From Candidatus Saccharicenans sp. (GTDB taxonomy: Bacteria; Acidobacteriota; Aminicenantia; Aminicenantales; Saccharicenantaceae), in assembly GCA_026414545.1 (NCBI GenBank), contig JAOAIU010000005.1, positions 7,657 to 71,656 of the forward strand: a stretch of 64,000 bases of DNA, read 5' to 3'. Position numbers and translations under genes: made by a program. The notes under the pieces were generated by a model. The model was not told where the DNA came from, did no database searches, and was given only the letters and a program-made list of their open reading frames with translations. Position 1 is the stretch's first letter; each line of letters opens with the position of its first letter. Shown one piece after another: positions 62,401-64,000 of the stretch.

Positions 62401-64000
62401 CTATTTTAATAACTGAAGTATTATCCAGACGACGACCACCAGGCCGCCGATAGTCCAGGCCAGATAGTTGGCATACTGGCCGTTATGAGCTTTCTGCAGC
62501 AATCCGGTAAAGGTCCGGCCTGTTGCCGTTACCACTTTTTCGTACAGATAATCGACCGGACGGTCGATGAACCGGAACAGCAGCCGGCTCAGCCACTGCA
62601 GGAATTTTACGCCCTGTTCATAAAGGTCAAAGAACCGGGCTTCGGACAGGTCATACAGCTTGTGCAGAACCGGCAGGTTGTGAATCGGCTCGGAGGCCAG
62701 GTAGGCCCTCTTACCGCCGCGGTTCCAGCCATAAAAGTGAATACCTAGGGCAATTATCAGGCACAGGATGGAAACTCCGGCCACCGGGTTGAACAGGTCC
62801 AGGGCGTGGGCAGTAAAATCCAGGTGCTCTCCGGCCTCCACATGTCCTTGCAGAATGGGCTGGATAAAATTCTGCAGGGGGAGCTTATTGTACACTCCAA
62901 AAGTTATGCACAGGGCAGCCAGAATAAGGATTGGCAGGACAATCGGGGCTTCGCTCTCCCTGGTCTTCGGGACTTCTGTTGAACGCGGTCCGAAGAAGAC
63001 CGAGTGCCCGGCCTTCAGAAAGGAAGCGAAGGTGAAAATTGCCCCCACCCAGGCGGCGATGGCGAAGATCGGATAGCCTGTTTCCAGTGCCCCGTGGAAT
63101 ACCATTTCCTTGGAAACGAAGCCGTTCAGGGGCCAGACCCCCGAAATGGCCAGGGCGCAGACCACAAAGCCAGCTGCGGTCCAGGGCATTTCCCGGGCTA
63201 ACCCGCCCAGCTTCTTCAATTCGGTGGTGCCAGTCCGGTGTTCCACCGAGCCGGAGCTCAGGAACAGCCCGCACTTGTACATGGCATGGTTGATCATGTG
63301 AAAGATGCCGCCGGCAATGCCGATGGGAATGGCCGTACCCACGCCGAGAACCATGTAGCCCACCTGGCTTACGGCGTGGAAGGACAGCAGCTTCTTAAAA
63401 TCTTTCTGAATGAGGGCCATGAAGACGGCCAGGACGATGGTGGCCGCGCCGATGATCATCAGCAGGATGGACAGTCCGCTGCCCACCTTGAGTTCGAAGA
63501 AATCAAGCGTGATGCGGGCCAGGAGGTAAATGCCCAGCAACTTTTCAAAGGAGGCTGGCATGAAGGCCATGAAGCTCACCGGGGCATCCACGGCAGCGTC
63601 AGGAATCCAGGTATGAAAGGGCATGGCCCCGGCCTTGCCGATGGCTCCGATCATCATCAACACAAAGGCGGCCACGGTCAGGCCATGAGGCTCCACCTGG
63701 ACTTTATCCATGGTCAGAGTGCCGGTAGAGGCCCAGAGCAGGCCAATTCCCAGAATCAGGGCGAAATCGCAGAAGCCGCCGATGATCAGTGATTTGACCG
63801 CAGTCCGGTGAGAGGTTGGTTTTAAGCCCAGGGTGATCAGGGCGTAAGTGGTAATCAGCAAAGCTTCCCAGAAAAATACCAGCAGGACAAAATTATTGGC
63901 CAGTACCGCCCCGTTGGAGAAGGCGGCCGCCAGAAAGACGTAGCCATAATATTCCCGGACCCTGGCCTGGTTGCGCATCTTGACCGCTGAGTAGAGGCAG
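62401..64000 (-). CDS. Antiporter-like subunit, MnhA/NuoL family (5' end beyond the right window edge)
   Basis: The frame stays open upstream of the track Met (63978) to base 64000. Blocks WEALLITTYALI, PFHTWIPDAAVDAPVSFMAF and SFHAVSQVGYMVLG are present. The long C-terminal extension is typical of NuoL/MrpA. Confidence 0.85.
   Translation of the reverse strand, partial: CLYSAVKMRNQARVREYYGYVFLAAAFSNGAVLANNFVLLVFFWEALLITTYALITLGLKPTSHRTAVKSLIIGGFCDFALILGIGLLWASTGTLTMDKVQVEPHGLTVAAFVLMMIGAIGKAGAMPFHTWIPDAAVDAPVSFMAFMPASFEKLLGIYLLARITLDFFELKVGSGLSILLMIIGAATIVLAVFMALIQKDFKKLLSFHAVSQVGYMVLGVGTAIPIGIAGGIFHMINHAMYKCGLFLSSGSVEHRTGTTELKKLGGLAREMPWTAAGFVVCALAISGVWPLNGFVSKEMVFHGALETGYPIFAIAAWVGAIFTFASFLKAGHSVFFGPRSTEVPKTRESEAPIVLPILILAALCITFGVYNKLPLQNFIQPILQGHVEAGEHLDFTAHALDLFNPVAGVSILCLIIALGIHFYGWNRGGKRAYLASEPIHNLPVLHKLYDLSEARFFDLYEQGVKFLQWLSRLLFRFIDRPVDYLYEKVVTATGRTFTGLLQKAHNGQYANYLAWTIGGLVVVVWIILQLLK

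Overview
This is a tightly packed core-chromosome segment, roughly 50-57% G+C in hand-counted samples, with many 4-nt start/stop overlaps. The host is a diderm bacterium (LptD, GT9 heptosyltransferase, MCE/Mla transporter, outer-membrane porins) and probably an anaerobe, given the membrane-bound [NiFe]-hydrogenase. The window spans rpmB-dnaA-dnaN, with a DnaA-box cluster just upstream of dnaA, so it probably lies at or near oriC. Gene order, left to right: a partial exported protein; lptD; an SDR sugar epimerase/dehydratase; purF; porin-pstSCAB-phoU-phoB; an NSS transporter plus a tiny MetS-like ORF missing from the ORF track; an SH3b/beta-barrel protein; eno; mgtC-rdgB; comEA; xerC-topA-dprA-usp; nupC; DUF167; DUF1573; a second porin-pstSCAB operon led by an Rrf2 regulator; a large NAD-GDH; ispF-yacL-radA-mlaDFE-dnaB-rplI-rpsR-rpsF; pth-ctc-prs-tRNA-Gln-ispE-lipoprotein; an exported Memo-AMMECR1 fusion; an FmdB zinc ribbon; a GT9 enzyme; rel; rpmB; dnaA-dnaN. 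The window ends in an Mrp/Mbh-type group 4 [NiFe]-hydrogenase operon of at least 11 genes that runs off the right edge. I found no rRNA, CRISPR array, transposase, prophage or recognisable defence gene. I do not see a clear-cut novel multi-gene system. The most interesting items are the Rrf2-led second phosphate-uptake operon, the signal-peptide-bearing Memo-AMMECR1 fusion, an elongated MCE protein with an extra C-terminal beta-rich domain, the hydrogenase with a HycE-like C-terminal peptide, a tRNA-Gln that overlaps the ispE stop codon, and a strongly AT-shifted dnaN. All functional calls rest on motif recognition by eye, not on database searches.
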